Shown piece after piece: positions 37,613-51,445 of a stretch of 64,000 nucleotides of DNA (positions are counted from its first letter, which is position 1; each line of letters starts with the position of its first letter). Origin of the DNA: Botryllus schlosseri (taxonomy: Eukaryota); assembly GCA_051294905.1 (NCBI GenBank), contig CM119371.1, positions 29,204,001 through 29,268,000 on the forward strand. The letters are read 5' to 3'. Under the pieces are notes generated by a model that was not told the origin of the DNA, searched no databases, and worked only from the letters and a program-made list of their open reading frames with translations. The position numbers and the translations under genes are program-made.

Positions 37613-40600
37613 ATGTCGATCAAGATTTGGATTCTTTTCATATTCGGATTCGTGATTTGTTCGTCAGGTATGAAGAATTTGCGTTCCAATTTGAGTCAAC
37701 TGAGAATTTCTCTATTCCAGCGAAAGTTTGCGTGAAAAGATACGTACACGGTAAATGGATCTCAACGGGAGATTGTGGGGTTGGTATGCAAGTAGTTTAA
37801 TGTAACCATAACCAACTACCGTTCTATTCCGCTTACACTTCATGAAGGGTCCGGTAAGGATGTCGGCGCTGCAGAAGGAACTTCAACTAAGAGAAAAACA
37901 TAAGAAGAAGAAGAAATGTGTTGTAGACAAGGAATGGACTGTGAGCACAATTTTAAATCTTTCAAAGATGGAGCGTATTAAACGTCATAAGAAAGCCTGG
38001 CGTAGTATGAATAAAGTTTGAAATAAGTCCGGGGAATCAGGGCTGTGGAGTCTGTAAATTTTATCACCGACTCGAGCTCCGACTCTCGAGTCTATGAACG
38101 CTTTAAATCCGATCCCGACTATTTTCCTCACAGTACTCCGACAACAACAGTACTGCAAATTTACTTCGAAAATTATATGCCGCAGTGACGGTTTAATGAC
38201 TTTCATTTAACCATTAACGTATGCAAACGTATTGTTCATTCAATGCAAAACTGTTTCGTTGTGGCACAGGACGAAATACTTACTATATAATTAACATGGA
38301 AGTATTTATTTCGAAATCAACTTCCTTTTTTCATACGGTATAAGTTTTTATAACATAGTCAAATCACGGATATTCTAATATGTATGAATCATTCAAACAT
38401 TATAAATATACCATCCCGTATTATTAAAGTGTTGATAAAAACAATATCAGTTTATGAGTCGGCAACTATAATACTGAGATGTACAAGTTTCCCCACTACA
38501 CACTATTCTAGGGTTGCCATACGTCCGGGATTTCATTGTTCAAACTACGTACGGGAGGAATTTCTAAAATATGCCTAATTGTTAGGAATTTTGAAGGTTT
38601 GCAATAGGATCAAAATGTTTTCGTAAATCAACAGAAACGATATTATTTTGGGCAGATTTATGCCACTTGAAATTTTTCTTTGTGCTGCGCGCGATTTAGT
38701 GTCACGATTATGGATTTTAATATGTGAACCACCACCCTAGCAAAACATATGTGATCAGAAATTATTAAAAATTACCATCATTTACTGAAATAAGTCTAAT
38801 TGTAATCGAAATTATAGGAGAACGGCGTATTACTATAGTCGGGTACGGCCATTTATATGCTTTAGTCAATGATATTGGCTCTAAACCTGGGGGTCGTTTT
38901 TCATCATCATCCTCCACCAGCTCCACCGCTTACTATGATCATGTATGGGCGGAAAAAGGAGCAAAATTTTATAGTGGAAAGAAGAAATACTACAAACTGA
39001 TTTTATTCACAACATTTTACGACCAGATGCATATAGAAACCAGATGTATATCGTAAGGCTCCAGAAGTTACAGCGATTACCCTATGGTGGGTTCAAGATC
39101 AGTGTTTATTTGGACAGGAGGGGGCTGAAAAAAAGTTGGTTCGATCCTGGTTACAAGACACAACCACATGAATGCACCGACCTAACAACGTTCCTGATCC
39201 GGACCGTGATCACCTATGGTCGATAGGCAAAGTTTTGCTAGTGTGACGTCATATTGACAAACGATGGGTCATACCCCATTCTAAAACCCGCTAGTGGGCG
39301 CTAAAGAGTGTCGGTATTTGCTCTGCAAAAATATGGTAACCCCACACTATACTGATGACAAGTATACACTCTCTCACTACTTATAAACGGTGATCCGAAA
39401 CGAAATTTAGGCAGTAGGCTATATAGTCGAATAGCATATGTCTACATTCACTTAGTCAAGTGTTCATGGACTAGGACTATACCCAAGCAGCTGAACTACT
39501 TACTAGAAATATTTTTGATTTTGTCAAGTAGGTAACAGCGTCTGGTTATATTTGCATCAATTTTACAAGTGATGTTGTCACTTACAAAACCAATCGATGT
39601 ATTTACTCTTTGACAATAACATGGCATAATTCAAAAAACTACCAATTTGTGATTGCATCAGCAATTTTGCATTGGTCACGAAGATGCATCATGCAATGTC
39701 ATTTCCTCTGTGCAACTAAATTGCAATTTGCAAATGCTGTCCAATTTGATCAATATCGTCACTAATAACAGCAATTGCTGGTAAATACAAATCCGATTTA
39801 CTTTATTATTAGTAATTTTAAGAGACCTTTGAAATCACTTGTTTTCATATGAAAGAAGTTGGAGTCGGAGTCGGAATCAAGAACATTTTTATAAACTCCG
39901 ACCTCGACTCCAGTCAGTATTTATTTTCATGATTCCCCCACCGACTCCAAGGAGTGCTAAAAAGTTTTGAGACTCTGACTCCATCAAGAGAAAAATTAGT
40001 GAAACTCCAACTTCGGCATACGCAACCCTGTTGGGAATCATCCATTATTATTATTATTATAGATAAAAACACAATGGAATGAGTGGCGCTTATCACAACT
40101 AGAGTCTTTTTGCGCCACGGACAGCAACAAGTTTGACGCTACAGCACATTCATAATATATATGAGCAATATATAGGTACACATGTGTACATGAAAGTTTT
40201 AACGAAGTTTTACAGACTTGCTCGCGTCGATCTAACATATTTAACCACATATCGAAGTACTTGTGGGTTAGTCAGTAGAGTGCGCATGTCGAAAGCCGCA
40301 TTCTCCGAATCTACATGGCTTCGTAAGCATTCTCTTTGATCGTGGTATTTTCTGCAATTCATTAGATAGTGCTCTACGGTTTCATCTATGCCGCATACGT
40401 CGCACAGTCGCGGGTCGATCGATGCATCCAATCTTGTTGAGATGGTATACCAGGGACTGAAGTATATATACTTCAGTCTGCAATGGTCGTTTTCAACCTC
40501 AGAATAATCGACAGTTCTTTGTAAGATTTCACAGTATCTGTTGATTGATAACTGTGGTCCCACTCATCTTGGCAATGCTTTTGCAAGTACTATCGTACAT

Positions 40601-43600
40601 CAGCGAGTGGGATGACATGATTTCGTCGTCTGTGTGTATTAGAGGCTTTCGGCCTCGCTAATTGATCTGCAGATTCATCACCGCGTATTCCGGAGTGTCC
40701 AGGTACCCATACACACGATGTGGTGATTTCTTCTGCCTGTAACTGATGATTCAGTTCAATAATTTCATTCACGGGTGCCGTGTGATTATAGTCCAGAATG
40801 TTTGATCGCGTCCGATGCACTCAAGGAATCGCTGAATAATGCAACTTTCTTAACTTGACTCTGCCGCGCCCGTAGTAGCGCATGTTTGATTGCAATTAGC
40901 TCCATTGAGAAGATCGAGAGAATTCTTGGGAGCGAATACGCAATATTTATATTTTGTGCAGGAACGTGAACCAAATATCCCCATCCTATTTCCGTTTTAG
41001 ACCCGTCTGTGTAGATCTATGTGTGTTCTTCATAGTTGGCAGATACGTGATCCTTGAAGAGTATTGCAATAGTTTTAGAGATGTTTCTCTACTTATTGAA
41101 TGTGATAGTGAGGAATCTACACCGGCAAGTGACGTTGCCCAAGGTGGTATCGATAGTATCACGTTTCCTACAATGTTATCACAAGATAAGACATTAACAT
41201 GTGCAAAGGTACGAAACATTGAGAATCGATCATTAATAAGACCGTACATGTCCTCCCACGTCTCTTGCAACACCGAATAAGCAGGGTTGTCCTGCAGGGT
41301 AGTCAATTGATATCGATATTTCGAACAGGCGTACCAATGTCTTACGTGAAGAGGCATTTCATTGCTTTCAGCTTCGAGTACGGACACCGGGGTACTACAC
41401 ATGGCGCCACAGCATATTCTCATAGGCTTGGTTCCTAATCACTCTAATTTTCTTAAAGTGTCTTAGGGGCAAAGGAGTAGGCTTCCATCCCATAATCCAT
41501 TGCCGAAAGAATTAATGATCTATATCGCATCAACAATACATCTTTAGACCCACCCCAGGTGGTTCCTGATAGCATTTTCAGCAAATTTAAGCGTTTGGTA
41601 CATTTCTTTATTACGTAATCAATATGATTTTTGTATTTCAACTTCTTATCAACGTATACTCCAAGATATTTCAAATTGTCTTCATATGTTAGATCATCTT
41701 CACCCAACCGAAGTCTTTGTGCATCTAGATTGCGTTTTCTGGTGATTAACATAGCGACACTCTTCTCTCTCGACACAGCAAATTTCGAACACCATCGGAC
41801 GAATGTGTCCACTGTCCAGGCTAGAGTGAATATCAGCAGCGACACATTAATATCTAAACTGGATTCCCAAATTGCACAATCGTCAGCATAGAGACCCACT
41901 TCTGATTCTATATTTGATGGGTGGTCGTTTATCAAAATTGTAAACAGTATGGGTGATAATATGCTCCCTTGAGGAATACCGTTTTTTAGATGGCAAAATC
42001 TGATAACGCATCACCAATACACACTTGAAATGTCCGGGTACCTAAAAAGTTCCTGATCCACGTCAACATTTGTCCGGCTATTCCCATACGTTGTAGTTTT
42101 ACAATAAGTCCATCCCGCCACACCATATCATATGCCCGTCTTATATCCAGAAAATTCGCCAAAACTGATCGCCCATTATTTATTGCCTAATAGGCACAGT
42201 CATGGAGACCGATAACGTGATCAAGAGCACGTCGCCCTCTCCTGAAGCCGCACTGTGAAGATTGAATTAAGTTATATTTTTCCAGGTACCAAGTCAATCT
42301 GTTAGCGATCATCGTTTCTACTATCTTGCAGAAATGACTAGTCAGCGATATTGGTCGATACGAATGAGGTGAAGTAGGGTCTTTAGTCGCTTTCAAAATT
42401 GGAACGATAATTGAATGGTTCCATGAATTTGGCATCGCACCTGTTGCCCATGACAGATTCATGATATCCAGCATTTTTGACCGACCTTCTTCCGGCAAAT
42501 GCCTAATCATAGCATAACACAAGGTATCACCACCCGTCGCTGTATTCTTTTTGGTACATAGGGCTTGCATCAATTCGTTTACACAAAACCGTGCGTGAAG
42601 CTCGTCAAACATTGGTATATTACATGGAGAAATACCGAGCACATTGTGTCTGTTATTAATGAAATCGGTAGGAAGGTTATTGTTGCTACTCACGTTTTTA
42701 AACACTTGCGCTAACGAGTTTGCTTTACCAACATCCGTCGTAATCTTTTTTCCGCCGATCATTAAAGTAGGGATTACTCCCAACGCTGCATTCGTGTTCG
42801 AAACGGACCGTGTCACTTTCCATACCGTTTGAAAGTTTGCTCCAGCTCCCATTGATTCACAAAAAGACTTCCAAGAATACCTCTTTGCTAGGAGAATTAC
42901 ACATCTGTATTGCGCACGCAACCTTTTAGAACGAATGATGTCCTCCTGTGCAAACGTCCTTTTCATCATCATGAATGCTGCCATTTTCCTCGTAACAGCT
43001 CTGGAACAATCAGCGTTCCACCAAGGGTTGGGATTTCTTCTATGACTGCGCGTCATAGGTATTGACTTGCTCGCAGCATGCAGCATGGTTTGACTGAACT
43101 CTGCGACGACTGAATCGATATTGGTATCAGCGTCCCTATTCGGAGGCAATGCAAAGTGATACTCAAAACTCTCCCAGTCTGCTTTTCTCAACTGGGGAGG
43201 GGGTCTTAATTTAGTCATTGGGACTTTATTCATATAGGTGGTGAGGACGATCAAATAATCACTGCCAAGTAAATCATTTGACACTGTAGTTGAGCATTTA
43301 CTTGCTATATCAGCGGACGCAAACGACATGTCTATCAATGACCATCTTCTTACTGCATTACATGCTACATTCAAATGAGTGGGTGAATTTATATTTATTG
43401 ACACAATAGAATATTTATCAAATGCGTCGTAGAGATTGGCTCCTCGCGTATTGGTTACATCCGATCCCCACTCCCAGTGATGCGAGTTGAAATCACCAAA
43501 TACCAAAGATTTCCAGGAAAGCTCCTGTAAAAACTCGAAATCAGTTCGGTTCGGTATCGAATTAGGAGAAATGTAGACATTGCAAATCTTAATTCCACAT

Positions 43601-46600
43601 ACCTATATGCATAGTACATCGACGTTTGGGGCTGCTCAAAGATCGTGCCTGATATGTGTTAGATTTCGTTTGATTAATATAGCCAGTCCCCCACTGTGTA
43701 CTGTTTTATCTCGGCGTATAACATGTCCATGGGAAGTTAATGTATATTTCTCGATCAAACGAGACTCTTGGAGCGATATAACATCAGGATGCTTTCTCAT
43801 TTCAGTAATATATTGCATAAATTCCGGAAGCTTTCTATATATGCTACGACAGTTCAATTGTAGGATAAGTAATCCGCTATGATTGAAGGTGCCCTGGGAT
43901 CGCACTTGGCATGTTTTTCAATGTAGCAGAATCGAAGGATACGCTTTACCATTTTTCAGACGCTGAGGACATGAGACACGGAATATCGATTTCTCCATTT
44001 GCGCGGCATGCAATAGTGGTTTGGTTGACGATTTCCGTCATAAAGGCGAAAAATAGTAACGGGTGTGCGGCAGTAAACAATCAGTTTACATTGGCTTGGT
44101 TGTCCTCTTCGTTGTGTTGATTACTATTACTGAGGAGAGAGAAGTAGGTATTTTAGGAGGATGCGACAGATTACAATCATTATCCTTCGCTTTGCATGGT
44201 TCTTGTCCGGCTTTAGTGGTTTTGTTCTGCGACTCTTTCCCTTTGATATTTTCGGATTCAGAGTTTCGGGAACATACTGCAGCATAACTCAACGTTACTT
44301 TTGATTTAGCTTCATGATATGGCAGTTTTTCCCGCTCTTTAATGATTTGAATTTTCGCTTCCCTTTTGTAGATTGGACAGCCAGCGTAAGCTGCACTGTG
44401 TAATCCCCGGCAATTCACACATTTCAATTCGCTGCCATTGCAGTTGGAGTATTCATGATCTTTGCTTCCGCACCGAACGCGCTTATGTCTTCCACCACAA
44501 TATTTTTCTGTATGCCCATATCGATTGCATCGATGACATCTGAGAGGCGGAGGATGGTATGGTTTTACCTCAAACTACAATTATCCAAGTGCCACATATT
44601 CAGGGGCCTTCGATGTACTAAAATCTAATAGCGCACACAAACTTGGAATATAACCTTGTTGCGATTTCCTCTTGAGCCGTTTTACGAACGTGACATTAAA
44701 TGGTTTTTGTAAGATCCAATATTTCATCGTCGGAGACATCAGACGGTACTCCGTAAATGACTGCTCTTGAAATGTAAGTTTTCTTCAATTTCTCATTCCG
44801 GGTTATTTTCACTGGTATCGATATTTTCTTGAAACTATCTCTCAGCATTTTCATTGAGAGAAGAGTCGTAACTTGAGTTACATTCCTACATGATTTGAGT
44901 AGGTCTCCAGATTTCATAATAGTGCTTCCCTACACACTTCCAACTGAATCCAATAAGCATTTCTGTACTTTTGTTGGGTGATAGTGTCTCATAGTTCGAT
45001 CGATACCTTAAACGTTCACTTTGAGTGATGCCTGCGTCTCTGATTCCATATTGCTGCTGGCATTAACTCTAGTTTTAGCTGGAGGACTTCTAGTTTCCTC
45101 GTCGGATGTAAATCGTGATACAAAGGTCGACGCTTGTTTGAGCTTGTAGCTTTGTTATGTCCATGAACACAATTCTGCTCTGACATCTCGATGATGAATT
45201 CGCGTAAAGTAGACAACTCTTTCTTGATCACGATGCGCGGGCTTGACAGACACCTCCGCTCACGTCGCCTGCCTAATCCAGACAGGTGTCGATGCAAATC
45301 ACTGTCAAGCGACAAAAAAATAGCGAGCAGGGGGAATCATACAATTTTGAACCATAACATCAAATGGACTCAGACTTCATGAAATATCTGAAACTCTGAT
45401 TGTTTGTTGTATTCCGTTTCAGGTCTTCCAGCGAAGAATGAACGGAAACGTGGATTTCTATCGAGGCTGGAATGATTACGTGAAAGGATTCGGGAATCGT
45501 GAAGGAGATTTTTGGCTGGGTAGTAATATTTTGACTTTAATATCATTCCGTCAAGTCCTAAGATTTAGTCCAGTGCTTCCCAACCTTTTTCAGTTTGCGA
45601 CCCACTTTTCGTCCGAATTTCGTAGCACGACCCACCAGGCCCCTCTTGTGCGCTCGTTTTGACACCTGCTCGTGAGGTCCAGTTTTTATGTCATCAGTGT
45701 GTTATAGTTATCTGGTCAGGGCTAGCGTGAACATTTTCCGGAATTCATGATTGAATGCCGTCGATGATATTGGCAAATTGAAATATTACTACAATTTAGT
45801 CTCCTCTCTCAGCCAACGTGATCAGATATACCAGTAGAGCTGAGGGAGGAGATGGTGTCTTTGAAAATTTTGGGCACAAAATTAATTATTTTTAATTACA
45901 TCATCGGGCGGGCTCGTTGTTATTCATTACTTGTCGCAAATTTCATATGTCTTGTTGTGTCGTGGCGTGGCAATGGCTGACACCCGAATGCGTATTTCTA
46001 TAAATTATGCGTATTTTTCGTTATGGGCAGGTGTACCCATATTAAAATCAAGACATCTAACGACCTTAAATCGCGCCAGGCGCGAGAATTTTTTTTAAAA
46101 GTTGCATAACTCTCCAAATGAGCACCCCATAATTTATGTTGATTCATGAGATCATTTTAGCACCCCCTTCAGTTTGATGTGTGGCACGTAACATATGATT
46201 ACAAACGAGGAGGGTTTTTCTAGTCTACTCCTCGCCATCCGATCTGCGAAAGCGGTGCCTTGAAGAAGCCTGGAAGTGGGACGTGCTCCCAGTCGGTATA
46301 TGCGGAATCATGATAAAGAATTTCGGCAAGGTGTAAATGACCACTGTAGTGGAAAAACGTCATAAATATAACAAACAACAACAAACGAGAAAGCGGGTAT
46401 CCAATCAGCAATTTGTCTTTTACTTCGAACACAAAGTGCATTTCTCTATCAACGTTCGTAAAGCGTTTGGTGGAAATAATAAATCCCAAGTCTCGGGCAT
46501 ACACAATAACGCACTGTCCGATTTCACTCTGCAATCAAAATCAATGTCACGAAAAACTGGCTCATCAATTATTATGAGAACGGGGCAGTGGCTTGAGGCG

Positions 46601-48796
46601 CTTACGGCGCAACATAATTTAGAACGTGCATTGGCTCGTGCACACATGGGGTGATTACTTCATGAATGTAATCGATTGCGATTTCGATTACTAGTGAATC
46701 ACGCGATTACGATTACAGCAAAATCAGAAAGTAGTCGATTACGATTACATTGGGAAAGTAATCACGAGTACTCACGATTACATTTATTTCGCTTCGGAGA
46801 ACTAATCTTAGAAGATATATTGGAATACGATGTAGCGATTGCGATGAAAGGCCAAATGAGGTAACAACTTTCTAGATAAATGATTCGTCATTTGCTTGTT
46901 ACGTCAAAAGTGTCTCAAAAGTGTTTCGTATATATAAGTATTGCGAGAGATTTATTTAACTTGAAAATATTCTTCGAGATTTGCGATTTTGGCGAGTAAT
47001 GTCTTCAATTAGCTTGATTTTGAAATGCATACCTCTTCTCAAGAAGAAAAGTGTGTGTGTGGGGGGGGGGGCTAAGAGCGGATAAAAAATGAATAGAAAT
47101 ATAATGCAATTACCAATCTTATTGCCGAAATTCAGTCATTAACTTGGCCACTCTATGTCGGCCCAAGACCACCGTTTGGAGTGGGAACGAATCGCTGTTT
47201 TGGTCCTGATTCTAGCTACAACCCACGATAACATGGTGTATAAGTGGATCGCTATGACGACAGGTCCAATTGCCGAGTGAAGAATTGCGAAATAACGATT
47301 GGCGCCCGTTTCAAGTAGAATCATATGAGAATAGAATGGAGTGAAAATGAAATTCTGCTTTCCACTTAATACAGATATTGAAAGCTGCCATTACGAGAAA
47401 CGGCTAAGAACGGCTCGGTTATGATCTATCATGAGCTATCATTGCAATTGACTAAGCATAACCAAACATCAATATATAAGTTACTTTTTGAAACTAGGCA
47501 GTGTGGTGATGATTATTATCCTGCTGCGAGGTTGTGGCGCCTTGAGTTTATTGATAACCTAATATTCAGCATGTCGGGTGTTCTTACAATCGTCCTACAA
47601 TGTACATCGAATATGTATCTACTGCGAGTGGAATGTGGATGCTTCTTACGCAATGACGAGAAAAAAGCTAATACTTGTGGCGTAATAATGAGCAGTGGCG
47701 TTTGAAAATTAGAGGTTTGTGCTATCACTAACCTGGAATAATATCTCTTTCTTGCTCACGAACGTTCAGTTTCTGTCATAGTCCTTGTACAAATAAAAAG
47801 TAATCGTCCTTTCACAAAGAAATCGATTGGATTTGTGAAGTAGTCGATTACGATTACGATTACTTCGGATTTTTTTCAAATGTAATCGATTGCAATTACG
47901 AGGACTTGGAAATTCTGTAATTGTCGTAATCGATTACGATTACTAATCGCGATGACATTATGTCTGATTGGCTCGTCTAATCTTGAGTAGACAAGTGTTT
48001 GGAACATTTGGCAAATGTAATAAGAAACTTTGACATTTAGAAATTCTAGGTGACCAACCTGAAATAGCTTCGCAATCCACCGGTTGGGAATCACTAATTT
48101 AGTTGATCTTACCTTGGTGATTACATAGTTGATAAATATCATTCTACAATTCCACAACGTTTGTCTCCAGGGCTCGAAGATTTGCATGAAAAAACAAAGG
48201 AAGGAAATGTGGAAGTGGAAATCAACATGATCACGAAAGATTCCGGAACTCACTTGGTTGCTAAATACGGGCAAGCTATGTTTGGATGCATCAACTAATA
48301 AAATATACTCCGGAAACGCAACTGTTACACTGTAATTATCAGGCAGGGTCGTCTTTGTTACGTCCCAAGCCGTCTTCTCGAGGATAAAAATAAAACTTAT
48401 CGCAAATGTTTTTCACAACAAAACAAAATCAATACCGCCACCGAACAGCATTTGGCAACACATTCTTTTTTCCCGTAATCATACCAATTGTTAATATTCA
48501 GCAATTTCCAAATCGGGCCGGGATCCGACAAGTACAGACTGACCGTATCCGGATACTCCGGGAATGCATCCGGCGCTGGTCTCGCATATTACAACAATCA
48601 ACAATTCTCAACGAAAGACGCAGATCACGATAGTCGGTCGTCACTGAATTGCGCTATTAACCGCGAAGGAGCCTGGTGGTATAACAGCTGCGCCTGGAGC
48701 AATCTGAATGGACATTTCAGCAAAACAGGCGACAAGGGATTTTGGTGGGGGTCCAACTCCAACCTCTTGCGGTTCTCGGAGATGAAGATTTGCTAA
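37613..48796 (+). CDS. Secreted fibrinogen C-terminal domain protein (FReD; ficolin/tachylectin-like), 6 exons: 37613-37667, 37721-37779, 37848-37940, 45423-45519, 48171-48270, 48502-48796; 232 aa
   Basis: Signal-peptide-like [96 protein letters not shown]; phases are consistent (699 nt); AATAAA at 48973. Exons 4-6 are secure, exons 1-3 are inferred. Confidence 0.88.
38038..40030. mobile_element. hAT-like element with ggagtc/gactcc motifs in intron 3; nested MITE at 38509-39344
   Basis: Outer ends cagggctgtgg...cgcaaccctg with partly matching flanks cggggaat/ttgggaat; inner ends tagggttgccata...tatggtaacccca with TSD cactattc/cactatac. Confidence 0.75.
40045..45331 (-). mobile_element. Full-length, inactivated I-group (I/Nimb-like) non-LTR retrotransposon with RNase H, in intron 3 of the FReD gene and antisense to it
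   Basis: ORF1 (about 45186-43890) with CCHC knuckles [28 protein letters not shown]2 (about 43880-40210) with APE ([15 protein letters not shown]), RT ([24 protein letters not shown]), RNase H ([30 protein letters not shown]) and C-terminal [14 protein letters not shown]. (TAA)n tail at 40045-40060; TSD gggaatcatcca/gggaatcataca; several frameshifts and stops. Confidence 0.93.
46641..47966. mobile_element. Second copy of the gattac-motif TIR element (intron 4 of the FReD gene)
   Basis: Collinear with 3895-6713 without its nested inserts; flanked by attggctcgt on both sides. Confidence 0.85.
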
Positions 48797-50234
48797 AGAT
48801 TATGAACATACGGGGTGCCTGAAATCGACATTTCTGGATGACTGTCATTCTCATTCGTAGTATTCGAGAGATGCGTGACAATATTTTTGGACTCGTCTGT
48901 CGCGATTCTATCGAAATGACGTCACACATATCTGTTAGCATCGTTGAGATCAAGCCATTTGTTCTCCTCGATAATAAACACGAGTGCTTTTACAGCATTG
49001 AAGCATATAAACATTTCACAAATTAATGTAGATTTAGATTACGAGCATTCCGCTTTAGTCACACTATGTGACACAAAATTTATCCATGAGGTAAAACTAT
49101 TATATTCTGATTTATTGTGGCCTAAATCATACAAAGTGAGCATTAAAAAAGATAAAATTTTCGTTCTATTTGGGATTAATATTTTTATTAATTATTAAAA
49201 TCATGTTCAGGTACTTATAGCAACGAAGGACTTTTGCACCACAAGTTAACTAATTTCATCGATGAATTTAGCAAATTATTCTAAGATATTCACAATATTA
49301 AGCTAATTTTCAATATTTACGAGTATATTCGGTTGTAGTAAAACGGTTGTATTGAATGGAGTATACGGATATTCCTCTTTCGCGAATATCGCTTCTGACA
49401 ACTTCTAAACTCGGTTTATACTTTCAGGTATATGGTAGGTCGAATGCTATACTCCTGTAGGAGAGGGACATGAGGTATAGATCCTTCGCTACACTAGGTC
49501 AATGCTTTTCAACCTTTCTGAGCATCACCTGCAGTTTTGTTGTATAAAAATTTTAGTCGCGTAAACCAACCGAAAATTGTTATAAAAAAATGAAGAAACC
49601 TAATAATATTTTTTTCAGATGTGCAACAAGTAGGCTACTGCTGGTTTAGGCAATCAAGTGTCTCATTAAAAAGACAACTATTTTTCTTTGTTTTGATTTC
49701 GACTATAGCGCACTAAAACCATTTTCGACCGAATAAGTTGTTGGGTCTTGTACATGAACGCGTAGTGCTTGGATTACCAGGTCTTTATAAAAACCATCTA
49801 GTACTCCTATCCAAAAGATAGCGTATTTTCCGAGAGTGAAAAATGCTTGCTTACAGAGATTGTTTTAACAATATGACAAAAAGGCTCCAGTTCGTCGAAG
49901 GGGTGCAAAACCCGCATGTTTGTATTGTACCATATACTATACCCTGATGTTTGAATACTTTACCAAATTAGTCAGAGTTGAGCCGAACATGTGCACTGCG
50001 TTCGGAAAAGTCTGCACGTAGTATCTATCGATTGATACGAGTCCGTATATTGAGAAGTTTCCGAAGTATTTAAATTAAGAGGCCATTTTGTGAAATCACA
50101 TTAATTATTTCATTAGAACAGAAATCCGCTGTCGCGACAGACCAGCCGTCGAGTATATAGCTGAAAGATGCCGTGTGCGTTACATCATTTGTTGATACAC
50201 ACGATTTGCGCAGACACGTTCGGTTCTCTTAGAC

Positions 50235-51445
50235 CAGAGGTCTCAAACTCAAATGTGCTCGCGGGCCATTTTCTAGTTTTTGATGACGCCGCGGGCCGCA
50301 GCATCAATAATAGGGATATTCAATGTATAACTTCCAAGTAGGCCTTATTTGACGGGAACTTACAGACAGGCATTCCACAAACATCGATGAAATTTAATTT
50401 ACGATTGCATTATTCACGCTTGACACGGAAGAATCACAGTTTCAAATATTTGAATAAAATTGTTTTTGTGCCGGGCATAATTTTTTTAATTATTGAGTTA
50501 GAGGTCCTTTGACGTGCCACAATTTTATGTTGAATATTTTAAAATCTACTGAAGATTGATCTGATATCAGACATTTGAGCATGGTAGCTTAATCCCGGTT
50601 TTGATAAAGTCGTGATAAGTGTAGGCTATTGTTATTGTCATTGCCAACTTCAAATTAAATCAGCGTTCGATTTTGCCTTCGATTATTATTCGAACATATC
50701 AATAACAACTTAAAAATAATCATTATTGAGCCATAGTAATAGCATTGCTTCTTAATCTTTTTAGCGATCGTACCCCTTGTGCTTCCAATGAGATTTCTCG
50801 TAGCCCCTGTCAATTTTCAACATAATTTCTGATGGTACCTATATTAAAATCAGAAAGCGCATTCACATAAAATCGCCCGTGGCGCGAATGCTATTTTCCA
50901 GTTGAATTAAATTGGCCAATAACATATTCCACAGCATATAGGCCTAATCCCACAATTCATCTCGCACACCCTGATGTGGTGCTTCGTACCCCGATTGGGG
51001 TCTACGGACCCTAGTTAAGAACCCCTGGAATAGAAATGTTCAATCGTCGAATAATTCATTGGTGTTACAGCTGTAGAGCGTACTACTACCCTACTCGCCA
51101 CCGATAATGACATCGATAAGGAGAACAAACAACACCTAGTATGTAACCACCCAGTATGTAACCAACTATACGTCACGAATCATCAACGGATCATGTTTTA
51201 TCGTCATGAACTAGAAATGTGACGTAATAGCCGATCTTCTACCACATGGTAGCTTTTAAAAGTGATGTGATAGTGAAGTTTGTTGAGATGTCAGTGATTT
51301 TCATAGTATTTTTATGGTGAAATGTAAGTTCTCATACCTATAAAAGATATATCGCACTTGAATATATTGTTGAATACTTGAAATTCCCAAATGTCGTCGC
51401 GGGCCGCACAAAATGCTCTCGCGGGCCGCGTGTTTGAGACCTCTG
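50235..51445. mobile_element. hAT (Charlie-type) MITE
   Basis: TIRs cagaggtctcaaac...gtttgagacctctg; gcgggccgc subterminal motifs; perfect TSD tcttagac. Confidence 0.92.

Noticed and set aside
36797..45596. Matching TIR-like ends at about 36797-36822 and 45572-45596 as one transposon capturing FReD exons
   Set aside because: The ends face outward, so they belong to two separate fragments.
37613..48796. FReD gene as an ascidian v-Themis-type self-recognition gene nested in a polycystin-like gene
   Set aside because: No polycystin-like exons seen on the opposite strand, and the species is unknown.
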